IMG/VR virus record: IMGVR_UViG_3300045988_098456
Reading direction: 5' to 3' (one strand)
From: a virus
Length of the DNA: 64,000 nucleotides
Below are positions 52,090 to 61,275 of the stretch, in pieces (position 1 is the stretch's first letter; each line of letters begins with the position of its first letter). Position numbers and translations under genes: made by a program. Below the pieces are notes generated by a model, which had not been told where the DNA came from, searched no databases, and saw only the letters and a list, made by a program, of their open reading frames with translations.

Positions 52090-52359
52090 ATGGACTTAGA
52101 ATTGTTGATTGATAAGATAGACTTTAGTCAAGGTGCAAGGCAGATAGCCAAGCAAGCCTTGGAGTTGGGAATGAAATATCAAAAGGAAGGTGCTTGGCAT
52201 TCGGTTGAAGAATTGCCGGAGTACAACAGACGCATTGTCGGTCTGACTAAGGCTCGTAAGCGTTTCAAGCATCTGAATTTCTTGGGCGAAGAATGGTGGA
52301 AGAAGTTCACCGAGTCTAATACCATCTACAAATGGGCTTATGTGGACGATTTAGTTTGA
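52090..52359 (+). CDS. Hypothetical protein with a DUF551-like C-terminal module
   Basis: GAWHSVEELPEYNRRIV...IYKWAYVDDL. The same tail type occurs in 53621.., 54132.. and 60947... Confidence 0.4.
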   Translation: MDLELLIDKIDFSQGARQIAKQALELGMKYQKEGAWHSVEELPEYNRRIVGLTKARKRFKHLNFLGEEWWKKFTESNTIYKWAYVDDLV

Positions 52360-52540
52360 TAGTAATCGTAGAAATCCATAATGCTATTTTGTTTTAAATG
52401 TTTACCCCATCACTATATATAATAATGTAGTGGTGGGGATTTTTGTGTTAACGTCAGTAAATTATCGGTGTTATATGTTATGATATATTAAAGAATAAAA
52501 GAAACACATTAAAAAGTTTGCATATTTCAGATATTCTTTG

Positions 52541-52548
52541 TATCTTTG
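52541..52548 (+). promoter_or_regulatory. -7 promoter box tatctttg (second copy of the repeated module)
   Basis: Same context as at 45821. Confidence 0.6.
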
Positions 52549-52585
52549 CATTGTAATTAAGAAACAAGGTTACTAATTTTAAAAA

Positions 52586-52598
52586 GGTGAGACACACC
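52586..52598 (+). promoter_or_regulatory. Leader motif GGTGAGACACACC, copy 6
   Basis: Exact 13-mer, 20 nt before the GTG at 52619. Confidence 0.6.
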
Positions 52599-52618
52599 AC
52601 AAAAACTGTAAGAAGAAA

Positions 52619-52879
52619 GTGGAAAAGAATAATGTTTATGTAGAGGTGTTGTCAAAGATTGCCAGCATCATGGGTAGAACAAAGGAGTCTATCCAGATGT
52701 CGTCTTCAAATACTCATACGAGTATTACGATGTTTGCCGAAAATAATAGCAAGATTATTGGAAATTGGTATTTTGATGCTTCCGATAGCAAGGAGTTGGT
52801 GGATGCTACATTCAATGGTCTGAAGGCTTTGGTTGAGTCTCTTGAGCACAATAAGAGCAATGACGGACAAGCAGCGTAA
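52619..52879 (+). CDS. Hypothetical protein (GTG start)
   Basis: 86-aa ORF. Confidence 0.4.
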   Translation: MEKNNVYVEVLSKIASIMGRTKESIQMSSSNTHTSITMFAENNSKIIGNWYFDASDSKELVDATFNGLKALVESLEHNKSNDGQAA

Positions 52880-53108
52880 GTACATAGAAAGTCTTATCAA
52901 GAAAGTGTTTCGTAATGCAGATTCGCAGAGCGAAATACTTTCCAGATTGGATATGGTTAAGATTTCAAGCCATCAAGCTTCAGTAATGATACATGCATTG
53001 AAGTTAGAGTGCAACATCGGTCGTTCCGTTCCGTCATATATGTTAATGGCAAACAATCTAAATCCAAAAATGGATGAGTTCTTTAGTATATTAGGGTACG
53101 ATGAATGA
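52860..53108 (+). CDS. Hypothetical protein
   Basis: Start trimmed to MTDKQRKYIESL. Confidence 0.4.
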   Translation: MTDKQRKYIESLIKKVFRNADSQSEILSRLDMVKISSHQASVMIHALKLECNIGRSVPSYMLMANNLNPKMDEFFSILGYDE

Positions 53109-53137
53109 CGTATTCTTCAAGAAGAAAAGAAGTTGAT

Positions 53138-53413
53138 ATGAAAAAGGTAATTATGATAATAGCCGTTGCCTCCATTTTGGTAGGTTGCAAAGGTAAGGGT
53201 ACAAGAGTCCAAATCTCGGATTCTGTTGACAAATTCAAGGTCGAGAAATTGTTTGTTGTAGATAGTATAACAGTATACAGGTTCTATGACCAAGGAAATG
53301 CTATCTATTTCACTAACCGGAAAGGCAGGGTAGATGCAACACATTCTGAGTACAATCCGGTTACTCATACATACAATGACGATGTTAACGAAACTTTATG
53401 TGAAGGAGATTGA
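53138..53413 (+). CDS. Lipoprotein (superinfection-exclusion-type candidate)
   Basis: MKKVIMIIAVASILVGC is a lipoprotein signal peptide with a lipobox. Confidence 0.5.
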   Translation: MKKVIMIIAVASILVGCKGKGTRVQISDSVDKFKVEKLFVVDSITVYRFYDQGNAIYFTNRKGRVDATHSEYNPVTHTYNDDVNETLCEGD

Positions 53414-53628
53414 AAATGAATAAACGAAAATGCAAGAAGTTATTCTACAAGGAGAGTGCTAAATGGCTTTTGAAAAGAGGTTGGACTGACGGTTATATAA
53501 GTCCTAATACTATAAAATATGTAGTAAGAAAGTTAGAAAAACTCACAAAGTTAAAACTTTTATACTACTTACATAATAAAGTTGAAGAAGATTGCTTTGT
53601 GATAAGGAAGGAGGTGAACAATGACTAA
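53410..53628 (+). CDS. Hypothetical protein
   Basis: 72-aa ORF. Confidence 0.4.
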   Translation: MKMNKRKCKKLFYKESAKWLLKRGWTDGYISPNTIKYVVRKLEKLTKLKLLYYLHNKVEEDCFVIRKEVNND

Positions 53629-53809
53629 ATGGTACTCTGCAAAAGAAGCTCCAAAATACGAAGAATGGATTCTTACAGAATGGTATGATGGAGACGATGG
53701 ATGTATTAAGTACGATGCTGATTATCTTTACTGTTTTGTTTATTGGAAAGATTATGTAAGGAGAAACAACATCACAAAGTGGTGTTATATTAAAGATATA
53801 AAAGATTAG
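53621..53809 (+). CDS. Hypothetical protein, DUF551-like
   Basis: WYSAKEAPKYEEWIL...ITKWCYIKDI. Confidence 0.4.
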   Translation: MTKWYSAKEAPKYEEWILTEWYDGDDGCIKYDADYLYCFVYWKDYVRRNNITKWCYIKDIKD

Positions 53810-54131
53810 GTATATGAAAGTACTTAAGAAGATTTTTTGTGATCATGTTTTCGATAATCGAAATAAAGGCTTGTAGTGTTAGTCCGAATTTAAAGAGGAG
53901 GTTTGATTATGAAATTATCTGAAATAGAATTAGATTTTTTGTATGAGAAATCTGCCGAGTTGTTTAGAGATAAAGTAAAACAACGAGGGGAAGATTATGA
54001 ACATGATAATAGATGCGCTTGACCTGAAGCAGTTCGCAGAACTCATCTACGAACTCTTGCAAGAGAATCTATAGAAGATGTTAAGATTTTAATTGAAGAA
54101 CTACGTAATAATGGTTATGAAGCTTAATAAA

Positions 54132-54500
54132 ATGGTTTTTGACGATAAGAAAATAGAAGCTGCTGCTAATAAGCATATTGAGACAGAGTATGCTAGATAC
54201 AATAGTGGCGAGGTTGAGGAAGAAATGATTTGTCTTATGGGCAAAGATAGCTTCAAGGCTGGCGCTAAGTGGGCTATCAATGAGTTGATGAAGAATTTAT
54301 GGCATCCAAATACAAAAGAGCCAGATAAGAGCAAGAGCGATATTATTACCCTTGGTTTTGATAACGATGCTTATCTACAATTTAAAGAATCCATTCTTTG
54401 GAATGAGGAATCTTGGAGACATTCGATTAGCAGATGCCAAATCATCAAGTGGGCTTATTTATCTGACATACTGCCAAAGCAGGAAGGAGGTGAGCAATGA
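54132..54500 (+). CDS. Hypothetical protein, paralog of 60947..61264
   Basis: The two share DDKKIE.AA, GA.WAIN..(M/L)KNLWH, KEP and a W.Y..D(I/L) tail. Confidence 0.45.
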   Translation: MVFDDKKIEAAANKHIETEYARYNSGEVEEEMICLMGKDSFKAGAKWAINELMKNLWHPNTKEPDKSKSDIITLGFDNDAYLQFKESILWNEESWRHSISRCQIIKWAYLSDILPKQEGGEQ

Positions 54501-54658
54501 AGACTTTTATTTTTGATGTTATGCTCGACGGAAGATTCATCTGCACGTTAAAGTATAAATATTGTGCGCTCTTCCCGATAGATTTTGAAGATTTAGAGAA
54601 GTTCATTATAAGTAAGAAATCTTATCTGAAAGGAAAGGACTATAGAATTGCGTTTTAA
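54497..54658 (+). CDS. Hypothetical 53-aa protein
   Basis: Hand-translated as MKTFIFDVMLDGRF...; ATGA overlap. Confidence 0.3.
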   Translation: MKTFIFDVMLDGRFICTLKYKYCALFPIDFEDLEKFIISKKSYLKGKDYRIAF

Positions 54659-54886
54659 GAAGTAAAGCATATGGCACTGAAATATATTGTGTACAAAGCA
54701 ATACTTTGTTTGGAATTCCTTGCTGGTGGAGTACAATGACAATATTAACAGATAGCGGTGTGTCTACATCTGCTGAGTTTAGTTCTTTGGAGGCTGCACG
54801 AAACTTTCTAGGAAAAAGCAGAGCTGTTGTTAGTCGAAAAGTGATTGAATGATTGTTTAACGCCTTCAAGCATAAATAATAGCAGT

Positions 54887-55063
54887 ATGGATAAAAATGT
54901 TGTGTTATCCAACGAAGAGTTGGAATTACTCATAACAGGCTTACATTGTGTAGATGAACGTAGTTATAATTTTTATACTACAACATATACACCTTGGAGT
55001 GAAGCTAAAAAGATAAAAGAAAATTTGCGAATAAAGCTCAAAAGATTATTGTTAAATGTTTAA
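54887..55063 (+). CDS. Hypothetical small protein
   Basis: Start trimmed to MDKNVVLS, behind a junction motif. Confidence 0.35.
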   Translation: MDKNVVLSNEELELLITGLHCVDERSYNFYTTTYTPWSEAKKIKENLRIKLKRLLLNV

Positions 55064-55088
55064 CGCATCTGGGCATAAAAAATAGAAT

Positions 55089-55247
55089 ATGCAAGGACAA
55101 TTAGTTGATTTACGTTATGCGTATAAAGCCATTTGCAAAGCTTTGTTTGTCAAACAGGGGCAAGGTAATGAGTGGATGCAAAGAGATAGACAAGAAGCCT
55201 TAAAATTGTTGCGTCAAATACAACGTATTTTAAGCTATACTTATTAA
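55089..55247 (+). CDS. Hypothetical 52-aa protein
   Basis: Hand-translated as MQGQLVDLRYAYK..., behind a junction motif. Confidence 0.3.
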   Translation: MQGQLVDLRYAYKAICKALFVKQGQGNEWMQRDRQEALKLLRQIQRILSYTY

Positions 55248-55273
55248 CGCCTTCGGGCATAAAAGATATTAGT

Positions 55274-55501
55274 ATGAAAATAAGTGATTTAGTTAAAAGC
55301 TTAGAGAAAATCAAGGCAAAACACGGAGACTTGCCTATTGCTTTTGAGGTAAGTGATGATGATTGTTGTCCTATAGTCAAAATACACGTCACAAAGATAT
55401 ATGACGATGATAGCACAATTTTAGAAGCAGGTTTCTGTGAGGTAAGAAACTTAGGTGATGGAGAGAAGTATTTAAACATTAGCGATATGTTAGGTGGTTA
55501 A
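55274..55501 (+). CDS. Hypothetical small protein (paralog of 55672..55824)
   Basis: MKISDLVKSLEKIKAKHGDLPI compared with MKASELIEHLKSYIDITGGDSEV. Confidence 0.4.
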   Translation: MKISDLVKSLEKIKAKHGDLPIAFEVSDDDCCPIVKIHVTKIYDDDSTILEAGFCEVRNLGDGEKYLNISDMLGG

Positions 55502-55528
55502 CTCCTTCAGACATAAATAAATAGTAAT

Positions 55529-55660
55529 ATGAATGCAACAGAAGCAAAGAAGACGCTATTTGAGATTAGAAAAAATCTTATTGACGATAAGCAGAAGCAT
55601 GCTATTTGGTTAGCAATCAAAGCTATTGATTATTGTATAAGATTGAGAAAAGGATATTAA
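55529..55660 (+). CDS. Hypothetical 43-aa protein
   Basis: Hand-translated, behind a junction motif. Confidence 0.3.
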   Translation: MNATEAKKTLFEIRKNLIDDKQKHAIWLAIKAIDYCIRLRKGY

Positions 55661-55671
55661 CAGATAGTAAT

Positions 55672-55824
55672 ATGAAAGCAAGTGAGTTGATAGAGCATTT
55701 AAAATCTTACATTGACATCACGGGTGGAGATAGTGAAGTACTTGTATTTGATAAAGCAGATATTTCTTGTGATATTAAGAATACTTCTACAGATGGTGAT
55801 TATATATTTCTACACATCATCTGA
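55672..55824 (+). CDS. Hypothetical small protein
   Basis: Start trimmed to MKASELIEHL. Confidence 0.35.
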   Translation: MKASELIEHLKSYIDITGGDSEVLVFDKADISCDIKNTSTDGDYIFLHII

Positions 55825-55887
55825 TAAATATACAACGAAGATACCAGAGTAAATAACTATCCCTTATGGGATATAAATATAAGTAAT

Positions 55888-56067
55888 ATGGTAGTATTGT
55901 TAACGATTTTAGGAACTATCTTTCTGATAGTTAGTGCAATATTTTGGTCAGAAACGCCAAAGTTGAGAACAGTAAGTATTGTAATTGCGACAGTGGCAGC
56001 AATACTTATGACCTTATGTTATGTAGGCTCTGTGCTTGCACAATATATTATAGAATTTACGAAATAA
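55888..56067 (+). CDS. Small two-TM membrane protein (59 aa)
   Basis: Hand-translated as MVVLLTILGTIFLIVSAIFW... Confidence 0.35.
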   Translation: MVVLLTILGTIFLIVSAIFWSETPKLRTVSIVIATVAAILMTLCYVGSVLAQYIIEFTK

Positions 56068-56119
56068 TTAACTAACCACCCTCTTCTTGGCAACAGGGAG
56101 AGGGTAAAAAGAAGAGAAT

Positions 56120-56368
56120 ATGAGATTAAGTGAATATAAAGCAGGTACTATCTTAGTTGATGGTGATGGCAAAGTGTTTATCCATGATGGCTTTATTAAC
56201 GCTGATGGATATGGTGTGATTATTGGTGCGGACTCTGATGGAATGATTCAAAAATCAAATGGCATTGGTAACTGGATGAAGGAAGGATGCTGTAGAGAAG
56301 CAACTCCACAAGAAGTCATGGAGTTCTTTGCCAAGGTGCGCAAAACACAGAAGATTATCAATTACTAA
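56120..56368 (+). CDS. Hypothetical protein
   Basis: 82-aa ORF. Confidence 0.45.
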   Translation: MRLSEYKAGTILVDGDGKVFIHDGFINADGYGVIIGADSDGMIQKSNGIGNWMKEGCCREATPQEVMEFFAKVRKTQKIINY

Positions 56369-56380
56369 GGAGGATAAGCA

Positions 56381-56515
56381 ATGACTATAACAATACCAAT
56401 GTGGCTACTATATGTCGTAGGATGCATTGTAGCAATCGTATTATTATTTTGTTCGTATGTTGGAATAATTTTTCTGTGGGGTTTTTATGACCCTTTAAAA
56501 AAATTTAGAAAATGA
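56381..56515 (+). CDS. Small membrane protein (44 aa)
   Basis: Hand-translated as MTITIPMWLLYVVGCIVAIVLLF...; ATGA overlap. Confidence 0.3.
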   Translation: MTITIPMWLLYVVGCIVAIVLLFCSYVGIIFLWGFYDPLKKFRK

Positions 56516-56865
56516 GCAAAATGAACGTCAAAAAGTCTCTTCTAGATGTTGTTAAAAGCAATAACTTAGAGATACTAAAAATAGATTTATTCAATGATTT
56601 TGAGTTGTTCGTAAGGGAAGGAACTAGGGAACGTAATGAGTATTGCAAGATTTATGCAACATTAGACGATTTGGATTTTGATGTAGAGGCTTTCTTGCTT
56701 AATGATGAAGTACGTGGAATTGTATACTGCCAAGATAAAGACACAAAAGAACCAGTGTGGATTGAACCTTGGAGTGACGAATGCTGTTCTTGGTGGCAGA
56801 TTAGTAGAGTTCCTTCCTTCTATAAGGATAGACTTAAAGATTTAAATATGAAAAAATATGAGTAA
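56512..56865 (+). CDS. Hypothetical protein
   Basis: 117-aa ORF. Confidence 0.45.
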   Translation: MSKMNVKKSLLDVVKSNNLEILKIDLFNDFELFVREGTRERNEYCKIYATLDDLDFDVEAFLLNDEVRGIVYCQDKDTKEPVWIEPWSDECCSWWQISRVPSFYKDRLKDLNMKKYE

Positions 56866-57007
56866 AGTATCGGCACTAACAATTATTGATGATATGATTG
56901 AAAACTATACTAGAATGATGAACGCAGGAAATAAGAAAGTTCTTGTTGTTCACGCTAGAAGTTTTCTAAAACTAATCAAGCAAGAGTTAGAACTTAAAGA
57001 AGAATAG
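56858..57007 (+). CDS. Hypothetical 49-aa protein
   Basis: Hand-translated. Overlaps the upstream stop. Confidence 0.3.
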   Translation: MSKVSALTIIDDMIENYTRMMNAGNKKVLVVHARSFLKLIKQELELKEE

Positions 57008-57009
57008 TT

Positions 57010-57189
57010 ATGGAAAGAATATTCGAAGTAAATATTAGAGTTACTATTGATTCTAAGTGCAATGATAGTGACGATAATATTATAGAAGAACTTATGTATG
57101 GAGCAGATAAATATTTCTATCCATATTGTTGTAATAACGAACATATAGAGCATACTAATAGTGTTGCTTATAAAGTTAAAAATAAATGA
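57010..57189 (+). CDS. Hypothetical 59-aa protein
   Basis: Hand-translated. ATGA overlap with the YopX gene. Confidence 0.3.
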   Translation: MERIFEVNIRVTIDSKCNDSDDNIIEELMYGADKYFYPYCCNNEHIEHTNSVAYKVKNK

Positions 57190-57551
57190 GAACAATTTTA
57201 TTCAAGGCAAAGAAACTGAGTGATGACGAATGGGTAAAAGGTTATTTGGTAAAGTCACCTTTCGGAACATTCATCGAGTGGTATGATGATTCTATCTGCA
57301 ACAAAGAAGAAGTCGACCCCTCTACCGTCTGTCAATATACTGGACTGAAAGATAAGAATGGAGTTGAAGTTTACGAAAATGACATTGTGAAAACAGACGA
57401 TTGGGAAGAGACAATTTGTAATGTTGAATACAAAGATTATGGATTCTGCTTGTGTGGAAAATGTTTTATTGATGGCATAATGCCTTTGTATATTGCTGTA
57501 GATATTTGCGACTTGTATGTTCTTGGAAACAAATTCGATAATGAGAAGTAG
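57186..57551 (+). CDS. YopX-family protein
   Basis: ILFKAKKL...VCQYTGLKDKNGVEVYENDIV. Confidence 0.8.
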   Translation: MRTILFKAKKLSDDEWVKGYLVKSPFGTFIEWYDDSICNKEEVDPSTVCQYTGLKDKNGVEVYENDIVKTDDWEETICNVEYKDYGFCLCGKCFIDGIMPLYIAVDICDLYVLGNKFDNEK

Positions 57552-57554
57552 CAT

Positions 57555-57818
57555 ATGATAGAAAAGATATTAGAAATAGTAGCTCAAAGACTGAATGCTT
57601 TAGCCACAAAGATTTTTAAGGAAGAGTCTTATCCTTATCTTCCTCCTCTTTCAAGAAGAGAACGAAGAAAGTTTGAACGTGACAACCAAAAAGCTGAGAA
57701 GAATATAGCATTATGTCGTAGATGCATGAAGAACTCTCCTAGTTGGTGGTGTCCAGGAGAACGTTGCTATTTCTTCCCTTATCGAAGACACGTATTATTT
57801 GGAGATAAAAATAAGTAG
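57555..57818 (+). CDS. Hypothetical basic, Cys-containing protein
   Basis: 87-aa ORF. Confidence 0.4.
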   Translation: MIEKILEIVAQRLNALATKIFKEESYPYLPPLSRRERRKFERDNQKAEKNIALCRRCMKNSPSWWCPGERCYFFPYRRHVLFGDKNK

Positions 57819-57821
57819 CAT

Positions 57822-58208
57822 ATGGAAATTGTAATTTTATATATAAGTGTTAGTCTTATTTATATATTACTTGCTTGCTTGGATGGAGAAGATGTAAAAC
57901 CGAAATGGAAACAATGGCTAGCTGACAAACTAGGCATCAAGCCAAAGATAGAAGTTAGATACATAAAGCCACAAGTTATTAAGCTTCATTCAAGAGTTGC
58001 AATGTCAAGCTTTGAAATGCAATATTATTGCCGTGACAAATCTGGCATGGAGCAATTGAAGAGAAGAGCAATAGAAAGTGTGTATGATGGCATTCTTCGG
58101 GAAATGAAGGTAAATGGATTAATTTCTATTTCGCAATATAATGACATTTATAGTAATAACACTATTTATGAGGGGGCATGTGAAATTTATAAAACAAGTA
58201 ATGTATGA
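57822..58208 (+). CDS. Hypothetical protein with an N-terminal TM segment
   Basis: 128-aa ORF. Confidence 0.4.
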   Translation: MEIVILYISVSLIYILLACLDGEDVKPKWKQWLADKLGIKPKIEVRYIKPQVIKLHSRVAMSSFEMQYYCRDKSGMEQLKRRAIESVYDGILREMKVNGLISISQYNDIYSNNTIYEGACEIYKTSNV

Positions 58209-58528
58209 AGATAAGACAAGCTAAGAAAATTTTGAATATGATGGAGAGAGGAACGGACACACGTTACTTCGATTCCAAATATACATTTAAGGGAGAGAGT
58301 AGATTCATTCCTAGATTAAAGAATCTCTATCAGAAAGCAACTATCAGATGGAATAAGGTAAATATGCCGAGTGCCAACGTTAGTTTGTTTCGTTCAATTT
58401 TGAGAACTTCAAAGGAATGCGGTCGTTGTAAACATTTCAATGGTATGTTCGCAGGAAGATGTACTAAACTACATGAGTATGTTGAAAGCAGCGATTGGTG
58501 TCATGGAACGTTTTTCCATAGAAAGTGA
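58205..58528 (+). CDS. Hypothetical protein (MKIRQAKKI family, copy 1)
   Basis: Shares its N-terminus with 58536... Confidence 0.4.
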   Translation: MKIRQAKKILNMMERGTDTRYFDSKYTFKGESRFIPRLKNLYQKATIRWNKVNMPSANVSLFRSILRTSKECGRCKHFNGMFAGRCTKLHEYVESSDWCHGTFFHRK

Positions 58529-58535
58529 GGTTGAT

Positions 58536-58805
58536 ATGAAAATAAGACAAGCTAAGAAGATAATGAAGCAAGTCTATAAGACTAGATATTGGGCTTATAG
58601 GCAAGGCTATTATTGTGGCAAGAAAGATGCTGGAAAGCTAGCCGGAGACCATCGTTTGTTAAAGGCTATGCGTCTTACAAAGAAGTGGAAAAGCCGCAAG
58701 ATACGAAACGAAGCGAATAAAATGTTGAAGAAAAATCCGTTAAAACCGAGTGATCTTCAACGTAGTGATTTAAGATTAATGAGATATGGATGTAGCAAAG
58801 CTTAA
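58536..58805 (+). CDS. Hypothetical protein (MKIRQAKKI family, copy 2)
   Basis: Start trimmed to MKIRQAKKIMKQ. Confidence 0.4.
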   Translation: MKIRQAKKIMKQVYKTRYWAYRQGYYCGKKDAGKLAGDHRLLKAMRLTKKWKSRKIRNEANKMLKKNPLKPSDLQRSDLRLMRYGCSKA

Positions 58806-59121
58806 TCGGGAAATTTTAGGCGTAGATTTGGAATACAAAAACGTCTATATTGATGCGGAGAACACAAGAATGATACGTGCCAAATTACTTGATGGGTATT
58901 GCGATTTGGTTCGCACAGATGTGTGGACTGGTCGTGTGAATCATCCGGAAGAGCATGATATTGTAAAATATACGGCAATCTCTTGGTATAGAGAAGAATT
59001 TGTCGGTGGAGTTGATTTAGGTCGAAACTATATGCATGCTAAATATAAGTTCTTCGAGTTGGTTGTGAATAAAAAATATATTTTGGAAATGAAACATAAG
59101 AAAAATGAAAATGCTAGATAA
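58786..59121 (+). CDS. Hypothetical protein
   Basis: 111-aa ORF. Confidence 0.4.
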   Translation: MDVAKLNREILGVDLEYKNVYIDAENTRMIRAKLLDGYCDLVRTDVWTGRVNHPEEHDIVKYTAISWYREEFVGGVDLGRNYMHAKYKFFELVVNKKYILEMKHKKNENAR

Positions 59122-59533
59122 TAAGTTAATCATAGATATTCCTAAAGGAATGGAAGTGGATATTGAAAAAAGTGACTTGAAAGCGGGCATTATAGCATTC
59201 AAGAAGAGACCCTTCAGCTATGAGGATGTTATATCTACTTTAATAGACCGTGGTCTTGGCCCTGTCGTTGCTAATGTTACTAATAGCAATGTAGAGAAAA
59301 TTGTTGCATTGGATAAGTTAATGGATATAGCTAAGTGTTATAATGGAGATTGGAAACCGGATTGGAATTCTAAAGAATATAAGCATAATATTATGCGAAC
59401 CAGCGAATATGGTATTACTTCTAGTATTGATTATAACGAAGGTGCTATTTACTTCAAGAACAAAGAAGATGCCCAAGCCGTTATTGATAATCCGAATTTC
59501 AGAAGCATTCTTGATGCAATCTATAAGGACTAA
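59105..59533 (+). CDS. Hypothetical protein
   Basis: 142-aa ORF. Confidence 0.45.
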   Translation: MKMLDNKLIIDIPKGMEVDIEKSDLKAGIIAFKKRPFSYEDVISTLIDRGLGPVVANVTNSNVEKIVALDKLMDIAKCYNGDWKPDWNSKEYKHNIMRTSEYGITSSIDYNEGAIYFKNKEDAQAVIDNPNFRSILDAIYKD

Positions 59534-59538
59534 GGCTT

Positions 59539-59778
59539 ATGAAGGAAATGTTCTTTAAGAGTGTAGAGTTCCGTGAAGTCCAGCATTTGGCTTTCTCGGA
59601 TGAATACATAACCGCATATGTATCTGTGAATAATGTTCCGAAGATATACATGAGTGTTAATACACCTCGTGACGAATATGGGTTTGTGAAAGGCAAGGCA
59701 AAACGTTACTTTAGAGTAGGGTTAGGGAAATGGCTCACCGAACGAGCGTTTGTTAAGAAATATTTTAGTGAAGAATAA
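59539..59778 (+). CDS. Hypothetical protein
   Basis: 79-aa ORF. Confidence 0.4.
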   Translation: MKEMFFKSVEFREVQHLAFSDEYITAYVSVNNVPKIYMSVNTPRDEYGFVKGKAKRYFRVGLGKWLTERAFVKKYFSEE

Positions 59779-60783
59779 ATGAATATAAAAAAGTCAGATA
59801 TGGGAAATAAGATTAATGTAGCGGTAATCCTTAAGGATAAGACTCAAGGAACTAAGTTGTATAATTGGTTATATAATACAAATGTAGAGTTAGATTCAAT
59901 CAGTACAACGGATAAAGAAACAGCTATATGGTGTACAAAGCAAAAAGATATTAATACCACCACTCATTTTTGTTTTTCCAAATTAGGAACTATGAAAGGA
60001 TGTCTTGATGGTTTACAGATTCTTCTTCCTTCAAAAGAAATGCGTGATTGGCGCAAGTTCGCCTGGAAGAAGGGCGATTTGCTTGTCAATAGTTGTGGAT
60101 TTCAGTGCATTTTCAAAGAATGGGCATCTGATGATTATACAAAGTTCAACGGATGCTATTCTAATAGCAGGGATGGTTACGAAGATGTATCAAATGCAGA
60201 AACAGCTAAGTTTGACAAGTTAGATAACAATACTGCCTATGGTTATATAAGAGAGATTGAGAAAAGATGTGGTGGTAAGTTAAACCTTGAAACTTTGGAG
60301 ATTGAAAAGCCTGAGTTCAAGAATGGGGATATTATCAAAATGGCTTGGGATAAATATTCAGCTATAGTAATATTTTGGGAGTATAGTAATTTTGGGAAAG
60401 GCTTTGATTCCCATGTCTTTTTTAATATTAAGACAAAAATTATAGAATATAATATTCATGGTCATATTCTCCAAGATACGATTTTAAGATTAGCCACAGA
60501 AGAAGAGAAAAAACAGCTCTTCTCTGCTCTCGAAAAGAGAGGCAAGGCTTGGGATGCTGAGAAGAAACAGATTGTTGATTTGAAGCCAAAGTTTGATGAG
60601 CTGAAACCATTTGATAAGGTTGTAGTAAGATGTAGCGAAGCAGATAGATGGTCTATAGATTTCTTTAGTTATAAAGTACATAACGGATATATATGTACAG
60701 GAGACGCTTGGTTTGGATATTGTCTTCCTTACAATGAGGAGACTGCAAAGTTAATAGGTACAACTAAAGATATGGAGGTTTAA
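59779..60783 (+). CDS. Hypothetical protein
   Basis: 334-aa ORF. Confidence 0.5.
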   Translation: MNIKKSDMGNKINVAVILKDKTQGTKLYNWLYNTNVELDSISTTDKETAIWCTKQKDINTTTHFCFSKLGTMKGCLDGLQILLPSKEMRDWRKFAWKKGDLLVNSCGFQCIFKEWASDDYTKFNGCYSNSRDGYEDVSNAETAKFDKLDNNTAYGYIREIEKRCGGKLNLETLEIEKPEFKNGDIIKMAWDKYSAIVIFWEYSNFGKGFDSHVFFNIKTKIIEYNIHGHILQDTILRLATEEEKKQLFSALEKRGKAWDAEKKQIVDLKPKFDELKPFDKVVVRCSEADRWSIDFFSYKVHNGYICTGDAWFGYCLPYNEETAKLIGTTKDMEV

Positions 60784-60786
60784 GAT

Positions 60787-60933
60787 ATGGACGAAGCTTT
60801 TAAGAAAGAACTTATAGGGCATTGTAAAAGGCAAATGCAACGCTTTGAGAGAATGGGAAGAACAGATTCTTTTGCATATAAAGAACATGCTGTTTTACTT
60901 AGTTTTCTTGAACGTCCATATTTACATTTTTAA
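60787..60933 (+). CDS. Hypothetical 48-aa protein
   Basis: Hand-translated as MDEAFKKELIGHCKRQ... Confidence 0.3.
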   Translation: MDEAFKKELIGHCKRQMQRFERMGRTDSFAYKEHAVLLSFLERPYLHF

Positions 60934-60946
60934 TATAACAATAGTT

Positions 60947-61264
60947 ATGATAGACGATAAGAAAATAGAAGGAGCCGCAAGAAGATACAGCAAAGTGACG
61001 GATTGTGATAATGAAGAAGCCTTATTAATTGAAGAAGGCTTTAAGGAAGGTGCTGAGTGGGCTATCAATGATTTCTTGAAGAACTTGTGGCATCAAACAA
61101 ATAAGGAGCCAGAAGGATATGATGAATGGATATTGCTGCACTATAATGTAGGCAACTATTATTCATTAGCTCAAGTCAAAGAATTCAAGTCTTGGAAAGG
61201 ATTTGTTGAGAATATGCCTATAGACGGGTGGCTCTATATTGATGATTTATTCTCAAAGGAATGA
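60947..61264 (+). CDS. Hypothetical protein, paralog of 54132..54500
   Basis: Start trimmed to MIDDKKIEGAARRY. Confidence 0.45.
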   Translation: MIDDKKIEGAARRYSKVTDCDNEEALLIEEGFKEGAEWAINDFLKNLWHQTNKEPEGYDEWILLHYNVGNYYSLAQVKEFKSWKGFVENMPIDGWLYIDDLFSKE

Positions 61265-61275
61265 GGTGAATGCAA

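Noticed and set aside
54670-54850. Possible remnant of a GIY-YIG/NUMOD-type homing endonuclease (…SAEFSSLEAARNFLGKSRAVVSRKVIE)
   Set aside because: Only a NUMOD-like C-terminal fragment of 38 aa is readable. No catalytic motif is present, so it is too weak to call.
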